A stretch of 64,000 nt of DNA from Nitrosopumilus sp. (GCA_965218695.1 OZ244651.1:160001-224000); one strand, 5' to 3'. Positions 1 through 9,445 are shown, counted from the first letter of the stretch. Numbers and translations are program-made. The notes: generated by a model not told the origin, from the sequence alone.

Positions 1-497
1 CAATCAAAGGGCAGTTCTACAACACCCTGCCTCATGATTGACATGACTGCACTGGCCATCCAGTGATCTTCAAAGTCAGGACAAACCTCTGTGCATCATT
101 GGTGCCGAACCCGAGCCGTCTGGTGAAACTCATACGGCGGGTTGGAATTTTGTGACCTGTATCTGAACGCGTATACCAATATGGATAACGTGTGGAATGC
201 ATCTCTGAATTTCTGCGGAATGTGTCTATCTGGAGTAACTGTGAGCATTTATTGAGACTCGATGTCTATCTCCAGCTCTTCTGCCAGACCCTTCCACCAT
301 TGCTCAGCCGCCTCATCCATTATTATTCAATAAATGCCGTGCTCCTTTATAGATCTGTCGATTCTCATGCGTGGCGCAGTCACGTCCGTCATCTGTTCGG
401 ATACAGATCCTGTGATCATTGGACGTTGCCTGGCGTGACATGCCTCTGCGTATGGTGGGCAGACAGTTCGGATGTGTCCTGTGCGGGCCTGAACGCT

Positions 498-719
498 TCA
501 AGAACTCTTCTTCATCTTTCTGTATATGATTATCATGAGAGTGCCCCCGGCACATGCCCAGAACAACGGGGACAGTCCAGGCCCTACAGACGGCTGGAAC
601 ACGCCCACGAAACTCAGTGACATCACAACCACTAGAACCAGTCCCACAACCTCCAATATCCTTATCAATATCTTCCCACCCTCCATCTGGAAATCAAAAA
701 GATATATGGTTTTGTACAT
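498..719 (-). CDS. small membrane protein (2 TM), hypothetical
   Basis: 73-aa ORF with two hydrophobic segments and basic C-terminus; true start may be the Met at about 686. Confidence 0.45.
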   Translation of the reverse strand: MYKTIYLFDFQMEGGKILIRILEVVGLVLVVVMSLSFVGVFQPSVGPGLSPLFWACAGGTLMIIIYRKMKKSS

Positions 720-730
720 ACCTCTAACCT

Positions 731-949
731 GTGGATAAGTACCTTATAGTGATCATGGCATTCATGGTGGTCAGCATACCAATCGCCTTCATATCGCCTA
801 CCACAGGTGAGCTCAGGGAGGAGCCCCTGTTCCTGTTGTTCTATGCTGCAATCGCCGGAATGTCAATCATCATAGTCTACAGTTCCTACAAGGATCGGAA
901 GGTTCGCCAGAGGGAGAACAGAAGACGGCGATCAAAAAAACGTGATTAG
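731..949 (+). CDS. small 2-TM membrane protein with basic tail
   Basis: GTG-start 72-aa ORF, two TM helices, Arg/Lys-rich C-terminus. Confidence 0.7.
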   Translation: MDKYLIVIMAFMVVSIPIAFISPTTGELREEPLFLLFYAAIAGMSIIIVYSSYKDRKVRQRENRRRRSKKRD

Positions 950-1028
950 GATAAGACCATGCCGGACTCGTTGTGTAACGTCTGGACAGGGTGATCCATG
1001 GGAAGCAAAAAAGATTAAAAAAATATGA

Positions 1029-1310
1029 CTAGACATCCATGCCAAAAGACTCGGCTATGCTGGAGAATCTTGCATAAGACTCCAGATACTGCCTGCCTCT
1101 CGGTGTAATAACAAATGTGTTCTTGCCGTCAAACTCTATCTTGTTGATGAGTCCTGCGCCGGTAAGGTTTGCCATAAATTTGGATAGTCTTGAATGGGAG
1201 ATGTTTGCCTTGGTTAGAAGGGACGTTGTCTTGATTCCCTCCTGCCCGAACTCCTCGGTGGCCTTTAACAGATCCGCCACGATATGCATACTTGTTCTAT
1301 ATGTAGTCAT
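1029..1310 (-). CDS. winged-helix transcriptional regulator (HTH_45-like)
   Basis: YRTSMHIVADLL...ANISHSRL...ITPRGRQYL pattern; ATG at 1310 with AT-rich TATA-like box about 22 nt upstream. Confidence 0.85.
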   Translation of the reverse strand: MTTYRTSMHIVADLLKATEEFGQEGIKTTSLLTKANISHSRLSKFMANLTGAGLINKIEFDGKNTFVITPRGRQYLESYARFSSIAESFGMDV

Positions 1311-1536
1311 GTCAACGTAACTAGCTTGTACTATTATATATAGATGCAACCGCATCTGCCCCGCCCCTTCAGGCATGACTCTGCTTGGTTGGTTCGCCAT
1401 GCAGTCCTGCACCACGTGCGTACATGCCCAAGATCTGTCTGGGCATAAGCAGTGTGGTTGTGTAGCCGTTTATGCCTGCCTCCTACTGGTTTTACCTTCC
1501 CACAAGATAAATAAGATTCAGTCTGTTCATCATCTA

Positions 1537-2121
1537 ATGCGTCCAAATTCGCCCATTCGGTGGTTTGATGATTTTGTAGGAGTGGCCTACAGGTATTACG
1601 ATCTCCGAATGAATGTCGTTCCGCTGTTCTCTGAACGCAAACCTGCCATTGATCTCTGGCATGAGACCATCCACTGGTGGGTAAATGCGTCCATTCGAAT
1701 CCGGTTTGTCGATGTAGGCAAAATGTACTGGTTTGTCATGGGTTCAGAGTCCCAGAGACCTGCAACAAACGTGTCATTCTTCAAACTTCTCCCAAAATCC
1801 GACCACTATGAGCGGTTCAGACGCGGTCATGATGGGGAGGCATATATCCGGCTGGGGGTGTATGCAAAGCACTCCCTTGACGATGCCAAAAAGGACGAGG
1901 AATGCAAGTGCGGTCACGAGGCACAGGACCATGACGAGGGGGATGATGACGTGTGCCTGTTCAACGAGTGTGACTGTAAAAAGTTTTCCAGCTTTCAGGT
2001 TACCCTTCTCAAGAGAACAAAGACAGTCACTGACATTGCGTTTCTGGATGAGAAGGACGTAAAGGATGATCCGCTTGCATGGAACTGCCTTAACGTACAC
2101 AAGTATTCCAAAGAGAACTAG
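1537..2121 (+). CDS. conserved hypothetical protein with Cys/His metal-binding motif
   Basis: ORF from ATG 1537; CKCGH...H...C...C.C motif. Confidence 0.75.
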   Translation: MRPNSPIRWFDDFVGVAYRYYDLRMNVVPLFSERKPAIDLWHETIHWWVNASIRIRFVDVGKMYWFVMGSESQRPATNVSFFKLLPKSDHYERFRRGHDGEAYIRLGVYAKHSLDDAKKDEECKCGHEAQDHDEGDDDVCLFNECDCKKFSSFQVTLLKRTKTVTDIAFLDEKDVKDDPLAWNCLNVHKYSKEN

Positions 2122-2285
2122 TCAAGATCCTTGTTTACCCGGACATGATCTCCGGGATAGTAATCGCTGAGTCTTTTTGAGTAACAGTCCCCGCATATAG
2201 TCCCGCTTATTCCCCATTCCTTCATGGGGGTGTAGCGCAACATGACCTTCCCGCCACACGCAACACACGTCCCCTTTGAGCCCAA
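2118..2285 (-). CDS. small Zn-finger protein (55 aa, not in the ORF track)
   Basis: manual translation MGSKGTCVACGGKVMLRYTPMKEWGISGTICGDCYSKRLSDYYPGDHVRVNKDLD; two CxxC motifs; TTG start with TTTATACA box 22 nt upstream. Confidence 0.8.
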   Translation of the reverse strand: MGSKGTCVACGGKVMLRYTPMKEWGISGTICGDCYSKRLSDYYPGDHVRVNKDLD

Positions 2286-2331
2286 ACTGCATCTGCTTTA
2301 TGCCATTTGTATAAAAAACATTCCATATGGT

Positions 2332-3623
2332 CAGTTAAGTCAAATGTGCGCCCCAACTACGGAGGCGGTTCAGGCTCCGGTTTGATCTCGAACATGGCCA
2401 TCATCAAGGTCTCCAAAAATGTGATCTGTGCAATGACTGGCTCGCCGTCCCATCGGGATTGTGCCAACTCGACGTTTGCGCACACCCACATGTTGTACAT
2501 GAGCAGCGCGTACGCAAAGTAAATCGTCCTGGGGGCCACGCCGGCGCTCGAGGTCTTTATCCGGGTATTTTCGATCATCCGGTATCCGGTCTCTATCCCC
2601 CAGCGCATGGCGTACTTTTCAACGTCAAGCCAGGGGGCGTTCGTGGCAAACATGATGAATTTTTCTTCAGGCTTTAGATCCTTCTTTTCTTTCTTCTTTT
2701 TGCTGATTCTCTTTCTTGGGACGATGATTCCATAGTATGACGCGCTGATCTTGTCGGGGTTGGAGATGCTCATCTTGGATACCTTTTTGGATCCGGTGGA
2801 TGCATGGTGTGCCAGAGCCTTCTTGATGGGACCTGTGTTGATGCACGGAATCAGGTACCGCACTCCCGTGGAGTCAAGCGTCCTGATCACGTCCGTGGAG
2901 TAAAACTCGCGGTCAAGCAAGAACAGTCTGGGGTTTACGCCTGCATGCCTGACTTGTTCGATGATTTTACGCACGAAAACTGCATTCAAGGAGTGCTGCG
3001 TCATGTTCAGGACCGCAAGGTTCAGCCGCGAGCCCGCGTTGACGCATTGGGCCGTGATGTACGTCTCAAACACGTTCGTGCCACCCTTGCGCTTGCTGCG
3101 CACCAGCTTGTTCTCCCATTTTTTGTCGTACCGCGGTATGAGGTGCTTGTCTATTGCCACGACGGGTCTTTTTGGGAACCTTCCTGCTGCCCTGATCGAG
3201 GCGACCTGCCCGGATATGATCGTGCCGATGCATCCTTCCGCGAGACCAGTCTCTACGTTCTTTGTGCGTTGCCTGAACCACTCTGCAGTCGGCATGCGGG
3301 GGTTCCGTGCAGAAGTCGCCATCCTCGACTCCCGGATGGCTGTTACGACCGACGTCAGGTTGGAGCCGGTCATCACCGCCTTTATCATCATCTTGTGGAA
3401 TATTTCGGGATCGTAGACGGTGTTGTACCTGTCCGAAAAACTGATGCACGACAGGCCCCCCAGCATGGCCACGTAGATACGTGAATATATGGAAACATTG
3501 TGTCCAATGTTGCGTTTCAGGTGGCGTTTGTTTGGTCGCAATATGTCATCTGGAACGCACTTTCATAGATCTGTTTCGGTTCCAGCCTAATCGGGTTCAT
3601 TTGGTGCACATTTGACTTAACTG
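2332..3623 (-). mobile_element. ISH3-family insertion sequence
   Basis: 18-bp perfect TIR CAGTTAAGTCAAATGTGC (2332-2349 / 3606-3623); 5-bp TSD ATGGT (2327-2331 / 3624-3628). Confidence 0.92.
2357..3541 (-). CDS. ISH3/IS4-type DDE transposase
   Basis: VAIDKH, LLDREFYS and YAMRWGIETGYR motifs. Confidence 0.9.
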   Translation of the reverse strand: MRPNKRHLKRNIGHNVSIYSRIYVAMLGGLSCISFSDRYNTVYDPEIFHKMMIKAVMTGSNLTSVVTAIRESRMATSARNPRMPTAEWFRQRTKNVETGLAEGCIGTIISGQVASIRAAGRFPKRPVVAIDKHLIPRYDKKWENKLVRSKRKGGTNVFETYITAQCVNAGSRLNLAVLNMTQHSLNAVFVRKIIEQVRHAGVNPRLFLLDREFYSTDVIRTLDSTGVRYLIPCINTGPIKKALAHHASTGSKKVSKMSISNPDKISASYYGIIVPRKRISKKKKEKKDLKPEEKFIMFATNAPWLDVEKYAMRWGIETGYRMIENTRIKTSSAGVAPRTIYFAYALLMYNMWVCANVELAQSRWDGEPVIAQITFLETLMMAMFEIKPEPEPPP

Positions 3624-3666
3624 ATGGTTTGTAAAGCCATAATAGTTGAGAATGACAGTATCCACC

Positions 3667-3876
3667 ATGAGGATAAAATGTCCCAAATGTCATGAACCTG
3701 CCGAACTTACAGGTGATTTCTCCTCTGTACGCTGTACATCCTGCGATCTGGATATGAGCTATGGCGAGTATGTCAAGTACATTGCACACAACGAACCCGC
3801 ATACTCAGACATCCTTGGTGACTATGCAGGCAGCACGGAGGGACAGACTTCAGGATCCCTTGACGAGTGGGATTGA
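3667..3876 (+). CDS. Zn-ribbon small protein
   Basis: MRIKCPKC...RCTSC, acidic tail. Confidence 0.75.
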   Translation: MRIKCPKCHEPAELTGDFSSVRCTSCDLDMSYGEYVKYIAHNEPAYSDILGDYAGSTEGQTSGSLDEWD

Positions 3877-3923
3877 GGATCCGCTTCATCAGATTAAAAT
3901 AATTTGGATGATCCTACACATCA

Positions 3924-4565
3924 TTGGAGTTTTTACTGGTAAACATACTCAACCTCATCGGATTTCTGGTTGGTCTTGGCATAGGAATCGTGTTCCTGAT
4001 GGGATTCAGAAGTACTGGAAGCCCCACACTGTTCAGGCTTACAATCGCATTTCTATCCATCGGCATAGGATTCCTTGTCATATGGGCCGGATATCTGGTG
4101 GACGATCTTGTAACGAAGAACGGCTACATTGAGAGATGGGTTCAGACATTGGGAACGGGAATTCAAACGGTGGGATACTTTTTCATAGCGTTCTCGCACA
4201 GCATAAAATCATTTTCCCCAAAGTCAAACTACTTTAGATCGGTGGGCATTCTTCCGCTGTTTCTGGTATCGTCTGTCCAGCTGGAGCACATATTCCGTTC
4301 CGTCTCGTTTATCCTGCTGGCATATGGGGCCATTGAGACCATACTGTCATATATTGACAACAGAAACAAGGGAACGATCTCCGTGGCTGCAGGCCTGGCA
4401 CTTTTGGCACTGGGCGAATTTCTGGGGTGGTACTCGTTCGTATTCCCAGAGTCGATCCTGTATCCTGTATCCGTAATAATCAAGATATGTGGCCTGGTAG
4501 CGCTGTTCATTCCGGTAAGCAGGGCACTGCTGACTCGGATAAAGTTTAGTGGCCTGCCTGAATGA
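3924..4565 (+). CDS. multi-pass (about 7 TM) membrane protein
   Basis: 213 aa with repeated hydrophobic helices. Confidence 0.8.
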   Translation: MEFLLVNILNLIGFLVGLGIGIVFLMGFRSTGSPTLFRLTIAFLSIGIGFLVIWAGYLVDDLVTKNGYIERWVQTLGTGIQTVGYFFIAFSHSIKSFSPKSNYFRSVGILPLFLVSSVQLEHIFRSVSFILLAYGAIETILSYIDNRNKGTISVAAGLALLALGEFLGWYSFVFPESILYPVSVIIKICGLVALFIPVSRALLTRIKFSGLPE

Positions 4566-4741
4566 CCATGCCGGCATAACCAATGAGTGGTTTCATGCGT
4601 GCCATCCATTCGGAGATGAATCCGTATGCCTCTTGCAATTACCTGACTTGGCCGGTTATTCCGTGCTTGTCAAGATCTTTTATCTTTTTGGTATATTGAA
4701 AAATATTCTACACTATCATATGGGTTTTGTAATACTGCGGT

Positions 4742-5017
4742 ATGGCGGGGTATCGGACACACATCAAGATTGTGGGTGACATACTGACAACTGCCCGGGA
4801 TGAGGACGGATCCACCGTTACCCATCTGATAAGAACTGCAAACATACCACATTCCAGAATCTCAGGAATCCTGCAGATTCTGGTATCGCATGGACTCTTA
4901 GAGGTAACGCAGACTGGGGGTTCCAACATGTTTATGATAAGCAGGTCCGGGAGGGAGTTTCTCCAGGCGTACTATGAGTTTGTAGACTTTGTAGATCACT
5001 TTGGGCTTAACATCTAG
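4742..5017 (+). CDS. winged-helix transcriptional regulator (HTH_45-like), paralog of 1029-1310
   Basis: YRTHIKIVGDIL...ANIPHSRI...ISRSGREFL. Confidence 0.85.
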   Translation: MAGYRTHIKIVGDILTTARDEDGSTVTHLIRTANIPHSRISGILQILVSHGLLEVTQTGGSNMFMISRSGREFLQAYYEFVDFVDHFGLNI

Positions 5018-5182
5018 TCAAACTCGCCGTCTTCAAAGTCGTCTTCAAAGTCAGTATCCCAGGATTCAAGGGGTTCGGACATACTCGGAGGGAAATCCGA
5101 TCCCGTTAAAAGTCTATAGCTAAAATCACAAGTCCGTGCGTTTTTACACCACTTTTTACAAAAACAAATCCTAATTACCGGC

Positions 5183-5392
5183 ATGATCGTTGGCAAAGGC
5201 ATCATTGCAGATGTCGAGGTCGTCACAAGGCGCGAGGATCACGGTTCGAGTCGTTCTGTAAAGTACAGCTTGACAAGTCGGCTTGAACCCGACAACAACA
5301 ACGACACAAGAAGGTCTGACAGAGCACCGGAAAGAGCATCAGGACAAGATACAGAGAAATCTGTCTGCACGAATTTTTGCTCGTCGCTATAC
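5183..5392 (+). ncRNA. candidate solitary TnpB-tail/omegaRNA-like structured element (also a 73-aa ORF 5183-5404)
   Basis: 45/52 nt identical to 31766-31817, which follows a TnpB NAAxNI motif; stem 5243-5253/5279-5289; TTTTTACA box at 5153-5160. Confidence 0.45.
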
Positions 5393-5430
5393 CCAAAATG
5401 GTAATAAGCCAAGTGCTGACAGGACTGCCA

Positions 5431-6027
5431 TTGAGGGTAACTTGTAGCAGGCATGGGATACAGCAGGCGTCTGAGATTATAATGCGTGGCGGAATTGCCG
5501 TATTTCCCACGGATACGGTTTATGGAATAGGATGCAATCCGCGTAACAGGGAGTCTGTCCAAAGGATCTACAAGATAAAGTCCCGGGATCCCTCAAAACC
5601 TCTGCCCGTTCTGGCTCACTCCCGGGAAACGGCAGAAAAGATAGCCATATTTGATGATGCCAGTAGCAGGATGGCCGCAAGATTCTGGCCAGGCCCGCTG
5701 ACTCTGCTGCTGAAGGTGGCAGATGAGAGTCTGAAGACTGCATTGAACCTGGATGATAAAATTGCACTCCGTGTGCCGAATCACAGATGTACACAGGAAC
5801 TTCTCAGGATATGTGGCATGCTGGTGGGCACCAGTGCAAACGTCTCTGGACACGTACCGTTTACGAATCCTGAACACTGCCCCGAAGAGATACGAAACTG
5901 TGATGTCTTTGTGGATGGGGGGGTAGTTCAGGGCGGTGTCGAATCTACAATAGTCGAGTCAGAAAACGGAGAGATTAGAATAATCCGGGAGGGATTCTTG
6001 GACAGGGAGACGGTGTTGGGGTTATGA
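5431..6027 (+). CDS. sua5: L-threonylcarbamoyladenylate synthase (Sua5/TsaC)
   Basis: FPTDTVYGIG, KSR...KPL, FWPGPLT and TSANVSG motifs; TTG start inferred. Confidence 0.95.
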   Translation: MRVTCSRHGIQQASEIIMRGGIAVFPTDTVYGIGCNPRNRESVQRIYKIKSRDPSKPLPVLAHSRETAEKIAIFDDASSRMAARFWPGPLTLLLKVADESLKTALNLDDKIALRVPNHRCTQELLRICGMLVGTSANVSGHVPFTNPEHCPEEIRNCDVFVDGGVVQGGVESTIVESENGEIRIIREGFLDRETVLGL

Positions 6028-6566
6028 ACCTGATCGTCACATGCCCACGACATTACGAGCCCGACGCAGCCGATGAGATCCGGGGCATTTTAGATGTGCT
6101 TGGAGACCCGGACGCCGAGACATCGATTACCAAGATTTCCGGAATACTTACTGCCAGTACAAGTCTTGAGCCGGTGGAGACTGTGAGAAAGATCAGGGAC
6201 ATGCTTCTTGACGAGCCGTGGAGCATCAGGTACTGCATGAGGGTCATACCGATTCAGCAGACCGTTGATACCGAAATCGAGGAGATCCAGAAGGCGGTGG
6301 CAGGACTGCCAGAACAAATCTCCGACGGAGAAACATACAGAATTTCAGTCGAGAAGAGAAACACGAACATCTCCAGCAGAGACGTCATCTCAAGACTTGC
6401 AGACATGGTAAACGGTACCGTCTCTCTGGAATTCCCAGACAAGATCATTCTGGTTGAGATTCTAGGTGGCAGAACCGGGGTCTCAATACTGAAGAGCTCA
6501 GACATACTGAGTGTAGAGAAGACAAAACGCAGCATGTCAGAGCAGGACAGCAGCTCTCTCGACTAG
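6024..6566 (+). CDS. THUMP-domain RNA-binding protein (Tan1-like)
   Basis: NLIVTC...RVIPI...YRISVEKR...VSLEFPDKIILVEILG. Confidence 0.88.
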   Translation: MNLIVTCPRHYEPDAADEIRGILDVLGDPDAETSITKISGILTASTSLEPVETVRKIRDMLLDEPWSIRYCMRVIPIQQTVDTEIEEIQKAVAGLPEQISDGETYRISVEKRNTNISSRDVISRLADMVNGTVSLEFPDKIILVEILGGRTGVSILKSSDILSVEKTKRSMSEQDSSSLD

Positions 6567-7307
6567 AATATCTTCCAGAGGAGTGTCTGAGCAGACAACA
6601 TCAAGCTGTCTTTTCGTAATCTTGAAGTGTCTTTTGAGAAAACCGCTGCTGCCTTTTAGGAACAGACCGTCTGAGAGTGGTGCCAGTCTCCTGCATAGCG
6701 AGTTTAACGTATTCCTGTTTCCGATGGCAATTAGGATAAAGCCGTGTCCGGGTCTGATTCCAGCGTTTGTTATGGCCTCAGAGATCTGTCCTGTCAGAGC
6801 AAAACGCATTAGTATGTCCGTCTCCAGTTTTTTTGAAAGTAGGATGTCGTTTCTTTCTGCCTCCAATGAAATGTTGAGAATTTTTTCAAGATGCCCCCGG
6901 CCCGCCACAAAATTCTTAGAGACTGCCTGGAACCGGATTTCTGGATATGTGCGTCTTAAATCCTCTAGAAACCCTACCCCGATGGCCCCATTCCCCCTGA
7001 GGCCTATTATCTGAATCTGTTTTCTGCGTATCCTCAGGGACAGTATTCCTGATCCTCCGTGGATGAGTGGTATGATACTTACAACGTCGGCGTCGTGTAT
7101 TATTGTGGACCTGCCCTGCATTGCCGAAGAATCAGTACCGTTGACTGCGATCAGTATGTTTACAGTGTCAAATTCGTAGGAATCTGCAGGCTTCATCTCT
7201 ACTAACAAATCAAGCAGATCCTCAATGGAGAGATCAACTCGGCTGATCCGTATCTGGTCGGTTTGAAAGGATTTTTGTGCACCACCCATAAGGTTCACAG
7301 TGATCAT
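6537..7307 (-). CDS. cgi121: ubiquitin-like (Urm1/MoaD/ThiS) domain fused to KEOPS subunit Cgi121
   Basis: N-terminal domain ends IIPLIHGG; C-terminal domain ETDILMRFALTGQISEAI...GI. Confidence 0.85.
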   Translation of the reverse strand: MITVNLMGGAQKSFQTDQIRISRVDLSIEDLLDLLVEMKPADSYEFDTVNILIAVNGTDSSAMQGRSTIIHDADVVSIIPLIHGGSGILSLRIRRKQIQIIGLRGNGAIGVGFLEDLRRTYPEIRFQAVSKNFVAGRGHLEKILNISLEAERNDILLSKKLETDILMRFALTGQISEAITNAGIRPGHGFILIAIGNRNTLNSLCRRLAPLSDGLFLKGSSGFLKRHFKITKRQLDVVCSDTPLEDILVERAAVLL

Positions 7308-7339
7308 CTATCCAATTTGGAGACTGGGGGATAATACTG

Positions 7340-7810
7340 TTATTCCGTCCTTGCAGGCTCTTCATCCGTGCCAGAAATGTTCTCTGGTGGTTTGGAATCT
7401 GTTTGTACCGATTTCGTGACTGCTTGCTCTGCCACCGGCTCTGAAACCGCCTGCTCTTGCTCTGCCACCGGCTCTGAAACCGCCTGCTCTTGCTCTGCCA
7501 CCGGCTCTGAAACCGCCTGCTCTTGCTCTGAAACCGCCTGCTCTGCTGTTGATTCTAGTTTGGCTGCCTTGGCAGCCAGTTCTGCCAATTCATTGGCGTG
7601 TGCAGCGTCAATCTGCGCCTGCTTGGTTTTTCTTTGGCGAATTTCCTTTTTGATGAATTTTGTAATGTATCCGGCAATCTCGTTTCTGAGACCCTTGGAA
7701 CGGATAATTGACACCTCTCCGAGAATCTTCTTATTGTCAGCAAAATTCTCTCCAAATTTTGACTTGTGCTTGTCCAGTACGTCATACGAGAGGCGTTTTA
7801 TCCTATCCAC
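7340..7810 (-). CDS. rps17e: 30S ribosomal protein S17e with acidic repeat extension
   Basis: FGENFADNKKIL...SKGLRNEIAGYIT. Confidence 0.92.
   Translation of the reverse strand: MDRIKRLSYDVLDKHKSKFGENFADNKKILGEVSIIRSKGLRNEIAGYITKFIKKEIRQRKTKQAQIDAAHANELAELAAKAAKLESTAEQAVSEQEQAVSEPVAEQEQAVSEPVAEQEQAVSEPVAEQAVTKSVQTDSKPPENISGTDEEPARTE
7423..7544 (-). repeat. 33-bp tandem repeat (3 units plus partial) encoding AVSEPVAEQEQ
   Basis: unit CTTGCTCTGCCACCGGCTCTGAAACCGCCTGCT repeated. Confidence 0.95.
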
Positions 7811-7840
7811 GCTCGTCTAAACAGACGGGGTTTTTTATAC

Positions 7841-8596
7841 CTATATTCCAAGGAACGATTCCGTGTTTTTCTCTAACATGGCCGCCGTCTCGTCAAACGT
7901 TCTTCCAATGACCTTTGATGCGCAAAATATGACACTTGGAATAAAACTAACCTGCCCTGATTTTCCCTCAAAGCATCTGGAAAACCTTACAGGACCGTCA
8001 GTCTCTACAAGAATTCTTGACTTGTCTGTTCTAGACAGCAAGACCTGCTTGTCATTTGCGTAAACCGCCACAGGCCCGTAGGATACAAAAAATCCCATGT
8101 CCATTGCCCTTTGAAGCTGTCTTTTGTTTCCGTCAAACCAATGAAGCAAGGCATGGGTTGAATCATAGGACGTCATTATTTCAAGGATATCGTCAAGGCT
8201 CTTTCTTGCGTGAATGGATACGGGTTTGTCAAACCTCTCTGCATATGCCATCAGCGTTTCAAAGACATGAACCTGTCTCCTTGCCTCCTTGTCATCCTTT
8301 GTGTATGTGGGATCCAGTCCTATCTCCCCTATTCCGGCGATATCAGAGTGGGATCGCTCTATCATCCCAGTCATCTCTTCAAGATTATCATCTGCATGCT
8401 CTGGATGAATCCCGACAAAGGGAAGAACCAAGTCGTCCCTCTCTGCAATTCTGATTGTCTGTAGGGAATTTTCCACGCTTACCGAGACGCAACATGCCTT
8501 GATCCTCAAATGTCTCATCTGCATCAAGATGAGATCCATGTCTTTGGCGTAGGCGGGATCAGACAGGTGAATGTGGGCGTCAAAGTACCAAGTCAT
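7841..8596 (-). CDS. tatD: TatD family deoxyribonuclease
   Basis: DAHIH, GIHP, GIGEIGLD, LHWF and ETDGP motifs. Confidence 0.95.
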   Translation of the reverse strand: MTWYFDAHIHLSDPAYAKDMDLILMQMRHLRIKACCVSVSVENSLQTIRIAERDDLVLPFVGIHPEHADDNLEEMTGMIERSHSDIAGIGEIGLDPTYTKDDKEARRQVHVFETLMAYAERFDKPVSIHARKSLDDILEIMTSYDSTHALLHWFDGNKRQLQRAMDMGFFVSYGPVAVYANDKQVLLSRTDKSRILVETDGPVRFSRCFEGKSGQVSFIPSVIFCASKVIGRTFDETAAMLEKNTESFLGI

Positions 8597-8685
8597 TGTC
8601 TGTCACTCCAAGAGCAGTAGTATTTGATGTCCTGTTAATATTTTTTCACTCATCCTCTTTTTTTAAGGAAACCAGAGCAAATTTC

Positions 8686-8907
8686 ATGCGATCATCGGAA
8701 CTGGGAATGTCTGCCATGTATAGATTCCTGAAGAAGGCGGGAGCCGAGAGGGTCAGCGACGAATCTGCAGACGAACTAAGAAGGGTGGTAGAGGAGATTG
8801 CCAGTAGCATTGCAAGGAATGCCGTAGAGATGGCATCACATGCAAGGCGGAGAACGGTAAAGGGCGAGGACGTAAAGATGGCCTCAAGGCAGTTTACCCG
8901 GTTTTAA
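8686..8907 (+). CDS. archaeal histone
   Basis: KKAGAERVSDE...ASHARRRTVKGEDV histone fold. Confidence 0.93.
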   Translation: MRSSELGMSAMYRFLKKAGAERVSDESADELRRVVEEIASSIARNAVEMASHARRRTVKGEDVKMASRQFTRF

Positions 8908-8946
8908 TCTAAAGGATTTAATTATTCACATCATGTTTTGCAAAAC

Positions 8947-9018
8947 GGTGCGGTGGCAGAACGGTTATGCGTGGGCCTGCAAAGCCTATACAAGGGGGTT
9001 CGACTCCCTCCCTCACCT
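8947..9018 (+). tRNA. tRNA-Cys (GCA)
   Basis: cloverleaf: acceptor GGTGCGG/CCTCACC, anticodon loop CTGCAAA, T-loop GTTCGAC. Confidence 0.93.
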
Positions 9019-9019
9019 T

Positions 9020-9445
9020 CTACTCTACAACCACTTGTCCCACCATCCATGGATGGAGGGTACAAAAGTAGTCAAACGTGCCTGCCTGCTCGAAGGTAAC
9101 CGTGTATGAATCGTATGGATTCATGTATCCGCTATCAAACAGATCAGTCGGGGCATCATAAAAGCCAGATGTCACACTATGGAATGCAGAATCCTCGTTG
9201 ACCCATGTCACGTCTACCCCCCTTTCAACTGTGATCCTAGTCGGAACGTAACACCCCTCAGTCTCCTCGCAGCCCGGGCGGGATACCTTTGTGGGCATTA
9301 TCACGTCGCCTGTCACGTCTGTATCCTCCGTCTTCTCTAATTCCATATCTACCGACTCGGCATCATTATTGGAAGTGCCAAGCGCGACTGCGATGACAAG
9401 TACAAGAACCGCCATTCCACCAACCGCTATCATCTTCTTTGGCAA
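9020..9445 (-). CDS. secreted plastocyanin/azurin-like blue copper protein
   Basis: signal peptide; HSVTSG...FDSG...YFCTLHPWM. Confidence 0.93.
   Translation of the reverse strand: MPKKMIAVGGMAVLVLVIAVALGTSNNDAESVDMELEKTEDTDVTGDVIMPTKVSRPGCEETEGCYVPTRITVERGVDVTWVNEDSAFHSVTSGFYDAPTDLFDSGYMNPYDSYTVTFEQAGTFDYFCTLHPWMVGQVVVE

Noticed and set aside
1-490. ORFs 192-620 (+) and 313-555 (-)
   Set aside because: No recognisable protein features; a minus-strand gene may begin near position 59 and run off the window but cannot be supported.
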